Of a DNA stretch of 64,000 bases, positions 52,278 to 61,785 are shown one piece after another. Both the position numbers and the translations under genes were made by a program. Within the stretch, counting starts at the first letter, position 1. Each line of letters starts with the position of its first letter. The notes beneath the pieces are model-generated. The model saw nothing but the letters and a program-made list of their open reading frames with translations, did not search any database and was not told the origin of the DNA. Origin of the DNA: Nitrososphaeraceae archaeon (GTDB lineage Archaea > Thermoproteota > Nitrososphaeria > Nitrososphaerales > Nitrososphaeraceae); contig DATFEP010000064.1 in assembly GCA_035250975.1 (NCBI GenBank), positions 32,001-96,000 of the forward strand, given 5' to 3'.

Positions 52278-53414
52278 CTATTTTATGGCAAGTACGTCTG
52301 TTTCTGGATAAAATGCAGCCCATTCAAACCAGAAACCTTGGTCCATAGGAAGTCTTTTTAATTGTCTATCTTGCAATTGTCCATTGATAAATTTACCATC
52401 AAAATTTAATTCACTGTCTGTTGTTCTATCTTTTAAAGTATTATTTGTTTCATTGTAAAATAAATCAACAACAATCTTCTTATTTCCTTCATTATAATCA
52501 TAAATAACTCGATCAAAAACTCTAACCATGAATGGTTCTAATGATACTAAAGCAATTTTTTTATCTTGTCCTATAACATCATTTATTACTTTTTTATTTT
52601 CTATATCTTGCAATTTGTAAGCTTTAAACTGATTTTTATTTCCTAATCCTATTATTATCTCTTTTAATCCTAATCTTTTATCATCATTAGTTACAGGAAA
52701 CAAAATTAAATCATTAGTATAATAATCTCCATATGGATCTGCTCCATATGGTCTAACTGATCCTGTATCTCTAGATAAAACTTTACTTTCAGGATATAAT
52801 TTCTTCCACTCTTTCCAGTATGCAATATCAAACGGAATTTTTTCTAATTTTATACCAGAATAAACTCCAACTATTCCTTCACCTATTGCTTGGCTCCATA
52901 ATGAATTACTCTTTCTATCATACATTACTAAATTACTATTATATAACTTGCCTGAGGTTCCAAATTCTACTGTGTTGCCATCAGATAAAGTACGATTGAA
53001 TACTTGATTTGTAAAGCATAGGGGACAATATGTAACTGCTACTGGTTTATCTCCTACTACATCATTTACAATTTCATGCCATACAAGAATCTGTAATGGA
53101 TATGCTCTAATATCTCCATTTATATTCAAACCAAGGACAAATTCTGAATCTTCTAAAATTTCATCTGCTTCTTGAACTGATCGAAATTTTGGATTATCTA
53201 TTGATGGTATTCCATCTTGAGGTGGTCCACCACTAACAATTTTATCTAAGGGAACGGTATGCTTTATTTCTTGACCTAAAGATATTTTAAATATATTTTT
53301 TTCTTCGATTAAAAAGAAGATAGTACTGTATAAAAACATAGAAAATGCTAATGAAATTATTAAGATTGAATTTAATTTTATTTTCTTCTTCTTATTATCA
53401 TTCATGACATACAT
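52278..53414 (-). CDS. DUF3179-family exported protein
   Basis: GGPPQDGIPSID, WHEIVND, TYCPLC, SGKLYNSNL, FWFEW. Confidence 0.88.
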   Translation of the reverse strand: MYVMNDNKKKKIKLNSILIISLAFSMFLYSTIFFLIEEKNIFKISLGQEIKHTVPLDKIVSGGPPQDGIPSIDNPKFRSVQEADEILEDSEFVLGLNINGDIRAYPLQILVWHEIVNDVVGDKPVAVTYCPLCFTNQVFNRTLSDGNTVEFGTSGKLYNSNLVMYDRKSNSLWSQAIGEGIVGVYSGIKLEKIPFDIAYWKEWKKLYPESKVLSRDTGSVRPYGADPYGDYYTNDLILFPVTNDDKRLGLKEIIIGLGNKNQFKAYKLQDIENKKVINDVIGQDKKIALVSLEPFMVRVFDRVIYDYNEGNKKIVVDLFYNETNNTLKDRTTDSELNFDGKFINGQLQDRQLKRLPMDQGFWFEWAAFYPETDVLAIK

Positions 53415-53428
53415 TTACCTCAAAATAA

Positions 53429-54022
53429 TTATCTAGAATTTCCTTGTTGTTTATTTTCTAGTAGTATATTTTTATTTTTTAGAACCTCGAGATCTTTATA
53501 TAACTTTAAAATAGACACTAGAGTTATTAAAGATATTATTATTAGTCCAATATAAGATAAAATACTTGAATAGTTGATCATAAATACTGATACTCCATTT
53601 CCGAAAACTAATGGCAAATAAGAAAGTATAAAAAGCCAACTGCCACAGCATCCTAGTGGTACCAAAGAGAAAAATGAAAAAAAGGAACTTAATGCCGCTC
53701 CTAATCCATTTCCAGTACTTGAAGAATGTAAGAAATCTTTTTTATTAACCTCACAATTACCACTACTGCTCTTGATCTTTTTTCTATATGATATTACAAA
53801 TGTTTGAACTCCTGTGCCAACAGCCATTCCAATAATTATAAAATAGTTTACTTGAAGTGCAGCTGATATTGATGCCGTAGCAGGCAGGTTAGGAGTTGTA
53901 AATACTACTATTAATAGATATGAAATAATAGTTATAGAACTGACTATTACTCCCTTTAATATTGATTTTTTTATATTATTATTTAACTGTCTTAATTTAT
54001 GTATCTGGTTTAAGCGAATCAT
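53429..54022 (-). CDS. 4-TM membrane protein with GCCG motif
   Basis: Four hydrophobic segments; LVPLGCCG; 14 nt from the DUF3179 gene. Confidence 0.65.
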   Translation of the reverse strand: MIRLNQIHKLRQLNNNIKKSILKGVIVSSITIISYLLIVVFTTPNLPATASISAALQVNYFIIIGMAVGTGVQTFVISYRKKIKSSSGNCEVNKKDFLHSSSTGNGLGAALSSFFSFFSLVPLGCCGSWLFILSYLPLVFGNGVSVFMINYSSILSYIGLIIISLITLVSILKLYKDLEVLKNKNILLENKQQGNSR

Positions 54023-54174
54023 AATATATATACAAATGTAAATAAAAAGATCTATTATTTAATGAGATATTTCAATAGTTCAAAAATTACTTTAACAGTT
54101 TAACTTTTAGATTTTGATAAAATAAAAAAAGTTGGGATTATAGGATACAACACCTTGTTTTGTTATTAATTTAT

Positions 54175-55281
54175 TTATTGTTTGCTCATGTGTTTTAGTA
54201 CTGTTTGTTGATCAAAGAATGGACAATTCACTACATGCTTTCCTTCCATAGCTGGAGCAATAGTCAATAATCCTTTTTCTCTTGCATCATTGAGATCAGA
54301 TAGTGTCTGTAGTAATTTCGCTTCTGCAGGATTATTCCATTCTGCAAAATTTATTCTCCACATTGGACTATAGTTTTCATCAGTTGGACCAGCATGTCCA
54401 ATACCCGGCTGAAATCCCATTGGTCCAGTACCGTTTATTCCATTTGTAAATTGCGTCAAATCTACGGCAGCAGATGTAGCCGCAAGTTTTTCATCAGAAG
54501 GAGAATAAACTACACCCATCATATTTGCAGGCATTTCTGGAGCAGCATCAGTTACTATGTAGTATATTGTATTACCATCTGGACCCCATCCCCTATGAGC
54601 AATGAAAGTCACTATCATATTTTCTGTATCAATCTTTGTAACTTGGCCTCCACCATATTCCGTTTCGTCATTTATTTCTCCCTGTTTAATTACTAGTTCT
54701 CCTCCATCCCATTTTACTGCTGGTTTGTTAACGATGATGGTTGATTTTTCTATTGTTATTTGGCCATCTTTTTCTGCTGTTATTATATCCTCGACCGATT
54801 TCAACTCTTGAGCATCTGCTTCATTTTTCCACTGAACCGTGTTAATCTGATATAATGGACTATATCCTTCGTCTCCTGGCTTTGCATTCAATACTGGCAA
54901 TTGGAACCCAAATGATCCATCGCCTTTAATTCCATTTTTAAAAGCATAAGCTTGACCCAAGCTTTCGGCAGGAGTGTTTGCTACTGCTGATGCTACATTT
55001 GCCTTAAATCCAGTAATATTGGTTATCAACTCAGCAGTTTTTTTATCCGACGCATCAGTTGCTATTACAAAAATATCATTTCCATTTACATATCCTTTCA
55101 TAAGAGGAATATCAATTTGTACATTTGCTGAAGCTAATTTTAATACTGAACCTGGATCAGTTTGAGCGTATGCATGTTTTGTTGTTAACGGACCTGCAAT
55201 CACTAGCGTTGAACCAAGAATTGCAAATGTTGTTATGATTGAAAAAATTTTTAGATTCTTTTTTTCTAGTATGTTATTCAT
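54175..55281 (-). CDS. Exported protein with internal two-fold repeat
   Basis: TDAS/TDAA, NGI.G.G..GFQ, YSP.(Y/W).IN...W, VN(K/C)P each occur twice. Confidence 0.75.
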   Translation of the reverse strand: MNNILEKKNLKIFSIITTFAILGSTLVIAGPLTTKHAYAQTDPGSVLKLASANVQIDIPLMKGYVNGNDIFVIATDASDKKTAELITNITGFKANVASAVANTPAESLGQAYAFKNGIKGDGSFGFQLPVLNAKPGDEGYSPLYQINTVQWKNEADAQELKSVEDIITAEKDGQITIEKSTIIVNKPAVKWDGGELVIKQGEINDETEYGGGQVTKIDTENMIVTFIAHRGWGPDGNTIYYIVTDAAPEMPANMMGVVYSPSDEKLAATSAAVDLTQFTNGINGTGPMGFQPGIGHAGPTDENYSPMWRINFAEWNNPAEAKLLQTLSDLNDAREKGLLTIAPAMEGKHVVNCPFFDQQTVLKHMSKQ

Positions 55282-55696
55282 TGATTAAAAAAATAAAAAT
55301 GATCTATAAAAATGGATACTTGAACCATTAAATTAAAAGTTGAACATTTGAATTTTTCTTTACTGTCTAACGACAGGTCCTAAACAAAATTGAGAATATA
55401 TAAAAGCAGATCGAATTAGTTAATGCAATATGTATTTTCGTGGTGAATGTATCGTAAATTGATTCTTATAATCAATATAAAATAGTAAAAGTTGGTTTTA
55501 AAATAATCTCTACCCTGATTTTTGATAAATTGGTATTAATTTATTCTCCTGTGTGAGAAAAATACTATATTTTTCAATTTATAAAATTATCTATTTCAAA
55601 AATTTCCAAAATTGGGAAATTTATCAAGAAATTATTATTGGAAAAAGAATAAGAATCCAAACATCTGTAATTTCTTAACTATTAACATATCATTTT

Positions 55697-57655
55697 TTAT
55701 TTTTCTCCATGTTCTGTTCGAGTTTTTAGTCTCGTTATGTCTCTTTTGAAGAATAGATCTATAAACCAGTCCAACATTACTCTCAATTTTCTTTCAGTAG
55801 TTGGAAGATTTCCCCAGTAATATAGTCGCCAGAATATCCATCCAATAAAACCATGAATTTTGTGTCCAAATACTAAACCTACACCATTTCTTTTTCCTAC
55901 AAGAGCCATCATACCTTTAGTTTTGTAGTTAAAAACTAATTCTTCTTTCTTCTTGTTTTTCTTTGAGTATATTTCATTAATTATGTTGTTAGATACTATT
56001 TTAGCTGCCCTTAATGCATGCTGAGCTGTAGGTGGATATGGTTTTCCAGTATTAGGGTCGATTATAAAAGCACAATCTCCTAGTGCAAAAATATTTGTAT
56101 ATCCATTTACTTTTAGGTGTTCGTTAGTAATTATTTTTCCTGATTTATCATGTTCGCAATTTAAATTGCTTATAATGTTATTCGGTTTAACTCCTCCCGC
56201 CCAAATTACTGTATCACTGCATATTCTCTCTTCATCGTTTAATAATACATAATTCTCATCTATCTCTTTAACTCTTTTATTTAAGATAATTTGAACTCCA
56301 TTTTTTTCGAGTTTGTTTAGAGTAAATTCTGATAAATCATCTGAGACTTCTGGTAAAATTCGTGAACCAGAATTTATCAATATTATTTTAATATATTTGA
56401 TATCAATGTTGTGATAATACTGTTTAACAGAATCACGAACAAAATCATTTAATTCTCCAACAGTTTCTATACCAGAAAAGCCGCCTCCCACCACTACAAA
56501 TGTCATTAATCTTTTTTGTAATTCTATATTTTCATATTCCATATCAGCTTGCTCAAGCATATTTATAACATGATCTCGCAATAACAACGCATCACCAATA
56601 GTCTTTATGGTGAATGCATTTTTAGATGCACTTTCTATGTCAAAAAAATTGGTTTCTCCTCCAAGCGCTAAAACTAGATAATGATATTTTAGAACTTTGA
56701 TTTTACTGTTTGATAAATTGGAATACTTACCTATGTTATATCTAATGCTTACTTCCTTTTCTTCAAGATTTATAGAATCAATATTTGCCTCATAAAATCT
56801 AGCTCTTTTACAAAATGACCTAATAGGTGTAATTATATGTCTTGTCTCTATTGCACTTGCAGCTACTTCTGGGAGCATAGGCGTGAAGAGAAAAAAATTA
56901 TCTCTACTTACAATTGTTATATCTATATCAATTTGATCTTGAAATTCCTTTTGTAACTGTTGTAATATTTTTATTCCAGCAAATCCACCACCCAAAATCA
57001 CTATCCTTTTTAGTTCTATTGGTTTGGTGCCATGTATTAGTTCAGCATGTTTTTGATATGAATCAATTCTACCTAAAGATATATCGCACTTTGCACACCT
57101 ATATCGAGTACCAAATTTTATAGAAAGGCTAGAAGAAACAAGACCTACAGTAATACCAAAAATGAGGTGGGTAACTAGAGAACCTATCAAAACAGTTGTC
57201 AATTGTGATGAAAGTTCTGATTCAATCAGTTCTTTTTCATAATTAGTGGATTCCTGGAGCATACTTATTGTTTCAGGAGATAGAACAAATTGATATACTG
57301 GTATAAAGAAAACTATGAATACTACAGTACCAGCAAAAATTCCATATATTATTCCATTGGATGGCTTACTAATATTTAATATGCCAGTTTTATACAAAAA
57401 GATGCCTACCACAACTCCTATTGAAATAGCAGTTAACATATGTATCCCTATACCAGCTAATATTGCATCTGATGAATATACTCCAATTACATGTCCAAAA
57501 ACTATCCATGATAAGTAATAAGGCATTCCCATTACTACTTCAAAAATTGTTTTAGGAATAACAAAAACGACTGCACCTGCAATAGCGCCAACTACTACAA
57601 AAAATATTTCTCTCTTTAGAGAAAAATCTATTTTTACTTTAGTATAATTGCTCAT
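55697..57655 (-). CDS. NDH-2-like FAD/NAD(P)H oxidoreductase fused to an N-terminal TM domain and a C2H2 finger
   Basis: About 4 TM, CxxC-x12-H-x4-H, GGGFAG, FTPMLPE, GGGFSGIE, WAGG, LGD, TAQHA. Confidence 0.87.
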   Translation of the reverse strand: MSNYTKVKIDFSLKREIFFVVVGAIAGAVVFVIPKTIFEVVMGMPYYLSWIVFGHVIGVYSSDAILAGIGIHMLTAISIGVVVGIFLYKTGILNISKPSNGIIYGIFAGTVVFIVFFIPVYQFVLSPETISMLQESTNYEKELIESELSSQLTTVLIGSLVTHLIFGITVGLVSSSLSIKFGTRYRCAKCDISLGRIDSYQKHAELIHGTKPIELKRIVILGGGFAGIKILQQLQKEFQDQIDIDITIVSRDNFFLFTPMLPEVAASAIETRHIITPIRSFCKRARFYEANIDSINLEEKEVSIRYNIGKYSNLSNSKIKVLKYHYLVLALGGETNFFDIESASKNAFTIKTIGDALLLRDHVINMLEQADMEYENIELQKRLMTFVVVGGGFSGIETVGELNDFVRDSVKQYYHNIDIKYIKIILINSGSRILPEVSDDLSEFTLNKLEKNGVQIILNKRVKEIDENYVLLNDEERICSDTVIWAGGVKPNNIISNLNCEHDKSGKIITNEHLKVNGYTNIFALGDCAFIIDPNTGKPYPPTAQHALRAAKIVSNNIINEIYSKKNKKKEELVFNYKTKGMMALVGKRNGVGLVFGHKIHGFIGWIFWRLYYWGNLPTTERKLRVMLDWFIDLFFKRDITRLKTRTEHGEK

Positions 57656-58301
57656 TATAAAATATCAGCCTCCTTACAAATTGTTTATTAATTTTCATGA
57701 ACTTGTATTTATATTTGGATACAAACATTGCGAAAAACCAACCAATTCAATGAGCCGAACTTTAATTTGATACCCGTATCATATTTTTTTATATTAGTGT
57801 GATTAATTATCAATAATTTTATCCTGAATAAGTAGAATATATGTATCTGCTTTAATTATTAAAGAAAAAATTAAAAGATTAAAGAAAAATTACTGTATGA
57901 ATATGCTGGGGATAATTTCATCCATTAAAGTCTATTTTCTACAAAATTTTATGTTTGATGATGAAATGACTAATTACTCCAATAAGAATAAAACAAATAA
58001 ATATCAACGACAGGAAAACAAATCCATATTCAATTACAAATAATTTTGGTATAGTGAATCTTTTCATATTCATTTTTTTTATTGTTATAAGATTCTATTA
58101 TTTTAAAGATCCATAGAATATTATTAGATTACCTAAAACGGTTCAATTTATTCATTAACGGTTAATCAAAGATAATCAAAAATTGAGATGATAGCAACTT
58201 AACGAGTTCTCTTTGTTTTTAAATGTTAAGAGAATATGAAATAGTCACATCTAGGTATTAATTCTCATCTTATTTTCATAACAAATGAATTAATTAAAGA
58301 A

Positions 58302-58970
58302 TTATTGTTTATCCAAAGTGCTGTTTATTAAAAGTTTTCCCAGTGTGGTTATCGTAACTGAGATTTTATTGCGATCTCCTTTTTCTACATCCGCTAGACC
58401 TAATTCAGCAAGTCCCTTTGCTTCTCTTGAGCCTTGTATATGATAACTTAAAAGCGGTTTTCCAAATCCAGAAATTTTTTCTAACTGGTCAAAACTTTCA
58501 ACATTACCGCCTGCACTATCTAAAGCTACAAGAATTTTTTTCTTTGCATCTGATATAATCTCATTATAGCTAAGTTTCAAAACAGGCATCATAAGCGGAT
58601 TTGTATGAGTGTAATCCATTCCAAATGCTTTTACACCGTGTATAAAAGCTGTAGAAAGCGCAGCACAACCTAGTAATTTATCTCCACAGCTGACATTCAT
58701 CAATATATCATCAAATTCTTTACCATGTATTTGCAATACCTCGTTTATTTGATCCATCGTGTCCCTTATTACATTCTCTTTGGCAACTAAGGTAATCGTT
58801 ATGGGAAGACCTAGTATACTTTTAATCCTTCTTGAAAAGTCTTCTGCTTTACTTTTATCCTCATGAAAGCACAGTAATACAAGCTTGTGAATTGGAAATG
58901 TTTTGATCCCAAATGCTATTGCATCTTGGCCATCTGTACCAAATGTCGCGATCTGCAGAGTTTTCATCAT
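58302..58970 (-). CDS. CARF-like plus winged-HTH regulator (Csa3/DUF6293-like)
   Basis: IATFG, NVSCGDK in a Rossmann-like N-domain; LSYHI and ITTLGK in the wHTH. Confidence 0.72.
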   Translation of the reverse strand: MMKTLQIATFGTDGQDAIAFGIKTFPIHKLVLLCFHEDKSKAEDFSRRIKSILGLPITITLVAKENVIRDTMDQINEVLQIHGKEFDDILMNVSCGDKLLGCAALSTAFIHGVKAFGMDYTHTNPLMMPVLKLSYNEIISDAKKKILVALDSAGGNVESFDQLEKISGFGKPLLSYHIQGSREAKGLAELGLADVEKGDRNKISVTITTLGKLLINSTLDKQ

Positions 58971-59474
58971 TATAATTTTTAGTAGATTTATCATGCTTAT
59001 AAGACATATCTTTAATGATTCTATTTTGTCTTAAACGTTAAAATATTGATATAACTTTTTGTTTTTATTTAATCGTAGAATATTTTATGAAATATCTAAT
59101 CATGCCATAAACCTTTAAAATAATGGTGTTTATGATCTGTTTTTGATTTCTAGAAATTCTGACTCTTAACGTTCTCACTACTATCATTTTTTCTTTTCTT
59201 TAGAACCTCTTTTAGTATTTTTTTTACTTTTATTCTTTGTCTAAGGTTCTGTATTGCTTTCATCATTATAGGACTAAGAATAATCCCTAAAATCATACCT
59301 AAAGTCATATCAATTATTGATACCACGTTAAAATATAGAAACTACCTGATATACATAAGTAATTCTCTTTTATTGTAAATCACATCAGCTATCTCAAGTT
59401 TACTTTCATTCCTAAAGAGTCTCAAAAATTGACAGATAATTCTTACTGAAATATTAAAAATCAAATAATAAAAA

Positions 59475-60206
59475 GGCTCTGTTAACTTAAGATAACTTCA
59501 CCTCCATTAAACTCAAAATTAAAATCATTACATGTTGTTCTAACACTATTATACATAGAAACAAAGAATTGTATCCAATTATATACATGAAATAGATTAC
59601 ATTCATTTTCTTTTTGAATACAAGGATAATAGTCATCAAATCCTTCAGTTCTATCCTTAAAATACTGATTGACTCTTTCCATCAAATGTTTCTCAAATGG
59701 TGAATGTAGATGATGTTTTAATCCAATTACATTGCATGCTTGTGGATACCATGTACCACCATCAGTATAAACTGGATGTCTTCCATACATTTGAACCAGG
59801 GATCTAATGAATTTTTCAGCAACAAACATGTTTCTCTCTTCTGAAATGTATATTCCAAGCACGAGACTGTGTATTGGTTCTATACAAAACCATAACCAAA
59901 AGTGTTGATTACCAATCTGAATAATGGTTTCATCTATTATAAAGGCAGATACTCTTCTGCGTCGGTATGTCTCATATGAGGCAAATCTCTGAATCCAATT
60001 CCATACAGAAACATGACTTCTTTTTTCGTCCTTGAAAATTATTAATGCCATAGAAGCATTACGTAGACTCAAACCAAGAAAATAAAGATAAAGAGAGTAC
60101 ATTACAATAATAGTAGATGTTTTATTTCTTTCAAATTTAATTTTCATATAATAGATAAGATGTTCTTATCTATAGCTTTTACTGCTTAACTTAACTTAAC
60201 ACAGCC
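59475..60206 (-). mobile_element. IS6-family insertion sequence
   Basis: 17-bp imperfect terminal IRs GGCTCTGTTAACTTAAG and GGCTGTGTTAAGTTAAG (15/17 match) enclosing the transposase. Confidence 0.88.
59482..60147 (-). CDS. IS6-family DDE transposase
   Basis: GLSLR, SHVSVWNW, IDET, YTDGG.WY, ERVNQYFKDR. Confidence 0.92.
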   Translation of the reverse strand: MKIKFERNKTSTIIVMYSLYLYFLGLSLRNASMALIIFKDEKRSHVSVWNWIQRFASYETYRRRRVSAFIIDETIIQIGNQHFWLWFCIEPIHSLVLGIYISEERNMFVAEKFIRSLVQMYGRHPVYTDGGTWYPQACNVIGLKHHLHSPFEKHLMERVNQYFKDRTEGFDDYYPCIQKENECNLFHVYNWIQFFVSMYNSVRTTCNDFNFEFNGGEVILS

Positions 60207-60360
60207 TCTTTGTCAATGAACTAAATTAATACGTAAAAAGAAATTTTCCTTGCATCCGAACCATTTGAATAACAACTCGTTTATGGAATAAATTTAACAA
60301 TCAAAGAAGATCTTTAATGATTTTAGGAAATTCTTTTATCTATTTTTTTAAAAGGACTAA

Positions 60361-61746
60361 TTGATGAAAAATTTTAGAAATACAAATGCTGAAAAGAAAA
60401 GGAAAAGAAAAGAAAACACAATAGTTGTCCCTACGCTAAGTCTAGCGATATTTTTCATACTGGGAACTTTATTGCCATCTATAAACATTGTACCTAATGC
60501 GTTTGGAGTAGATGAATCAGAAACAGAGTCGATAGAAATCAAATTTAACGAACCAACTATTACGGAAATAGATGATGTTGCTGTCGAAATAAATCCAGTC
60601 CAAGATAAAGAAACAGGATTGACTTCGCTCAACATGAAAGTTACGGACAAAGATACTAAATTACCATTAACTCATGTAGACTGGTTAATCTCAATAAAGG
60701 ACCAGAATAACAAATTATATGAAAGTTCTACCCAACATTCACATGTAGGACTATATAATTTTGAATATGCATTAGACAAAGGTACATATAACATTTTAAC
60801 TCAAGTAGCGTCTCTTGGTCCAAAAATGATGGGAATGGAAGTACCTGGAATGGCTCAGACAAGAATATTAGAATCAGGTGATCCAATGGAAGGCTGGAAA
60901 ACAGATCCAAACAAATTCTTTGGATTTAAAAACGTCAATTTCATACTAGCTGTTGATAATGGTGTTGCAACAAATACTAGTGGTCAATTAGCACCAGAAA
61001 CAGACACCAATTCACAAGACCCAAACAAAAATTCCCAGATAACAGTTAGTTCTGAAACAGGAAAGAAAGTAAATGTAAAAGTAGTCACAGTTCCTGAAAA
61101 AATAGTTGCAGGTCAACCAGCAACTGTAGCATTAGATATAATGACTGAAAATGGTACGAGTATAACTCATCCTGACGGCTTGCTTACTGTATCCAAAGAT
61201 GGATTCACTTTGTTAAAGTCCGCCGAAAAAGGAAATCCAATGATGCCAGTCAATGGTGCATTCCATGGACATACTGGACAATTAGCATTTAATGTAATAT
61301 TTCCACAGGCTGGAGTTTACACTTTGGATGCTAAATTGAATTCACTTCCAGTTTCAAACGTAATGTTTGGCAATGTAGATACAAAGTTTGACCTAGGAGT
61401 CGTAGATGCTGCATCGTCATCAACAGAGCAAGTAGCTGGAACATCAAGCACAAATCCAAACCAAGTATCAATAATAGGTCAAGAACAACCATTTTACTCT
61501 CCAACGAATTTTGAAGTTAAAAAAGGTACTACATTAACTTTCAAAAATGACGATGCAATAGTACACGTAATAGCTAGTACAAATGACAAAATTGGAGCCA
61601 CATCTCCGAATGCTGACGGAAAGTTTGATACAGGTATTCTAATGATGGGTCAAGAGAGTACGGGCATTACACTTGATGAACCTGGGACAATTAACTATTT
61701 CTGCACAGTACACCCGTTCATGCAGGGATCAATAACTGTCACATAA
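60361..61746 (+). CDS. Exported multidomain protein with C-terminal blue-copper domain
   Basis: TM/signal, two His-motif beta domains (THVD..HSH; THPD..HGH), VHVI and YFCTVHPFM. Confidence 0.85.
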   Translation: MMKNFRNTNAEKKRKRKENTIVVPTLSLAIFFILGTLLPSINIVPNAFGVDESETESIEIKFNEPTITEIDDVAVEINPVQDKETGLTSLNMKVTDKDTKLPLTHVDWLISIKDQNNKLYESSTQHSHVGLYNFEYALDKGTYNILTQVASLGPKMMGMEVPGMAQTRILESGDPMEGWKTDPNKFFGFKNVNFILAVDNGVATNTSGQLAPETDTNSQDPNKNSQITVSSETGKKVNVKVVTVPEKIVAGQPATVALDIMTENGTSITHPDGLLTVSKDGFTLLKSAEKGNPMMPVNGAFHGHTGQLAFNVIFPQAGVYTLDAKLNSLPVSNVMFGNVDTKFDLGVVDAASSSTEQVAGTSSTNPNQVSIIGQEQPFYSPTNFEVKKGTTLTFKNDDAIVHVIASTNDKIGATSPNADGKFDTGILMMGQESTGITLDEPGTINYFCTVHPFMQGSITVT

Positions 61747-61750
61747 CAAC

Positions 61751-61770
61751 TTCCCTTCTTTTTTTTATTT
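61751..61770 (+). terminator. Putative oligo-T archaeal terminator
   Basis: TTCCCTTCTTTTTTTTATTT directly after the stop codon. Confidence 0.4.
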
Positions 61771-61785
61771 TAGAGATTAATTAAA

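Noticed and set aside
185-60910. Many short antisense or nested ORFs in the track (e.g. 17061-17498, 27875-28231, 39666-40013, 48534-48998)
   Set aside because: They are shadows of well-supported genes and carry no recognisable motifs
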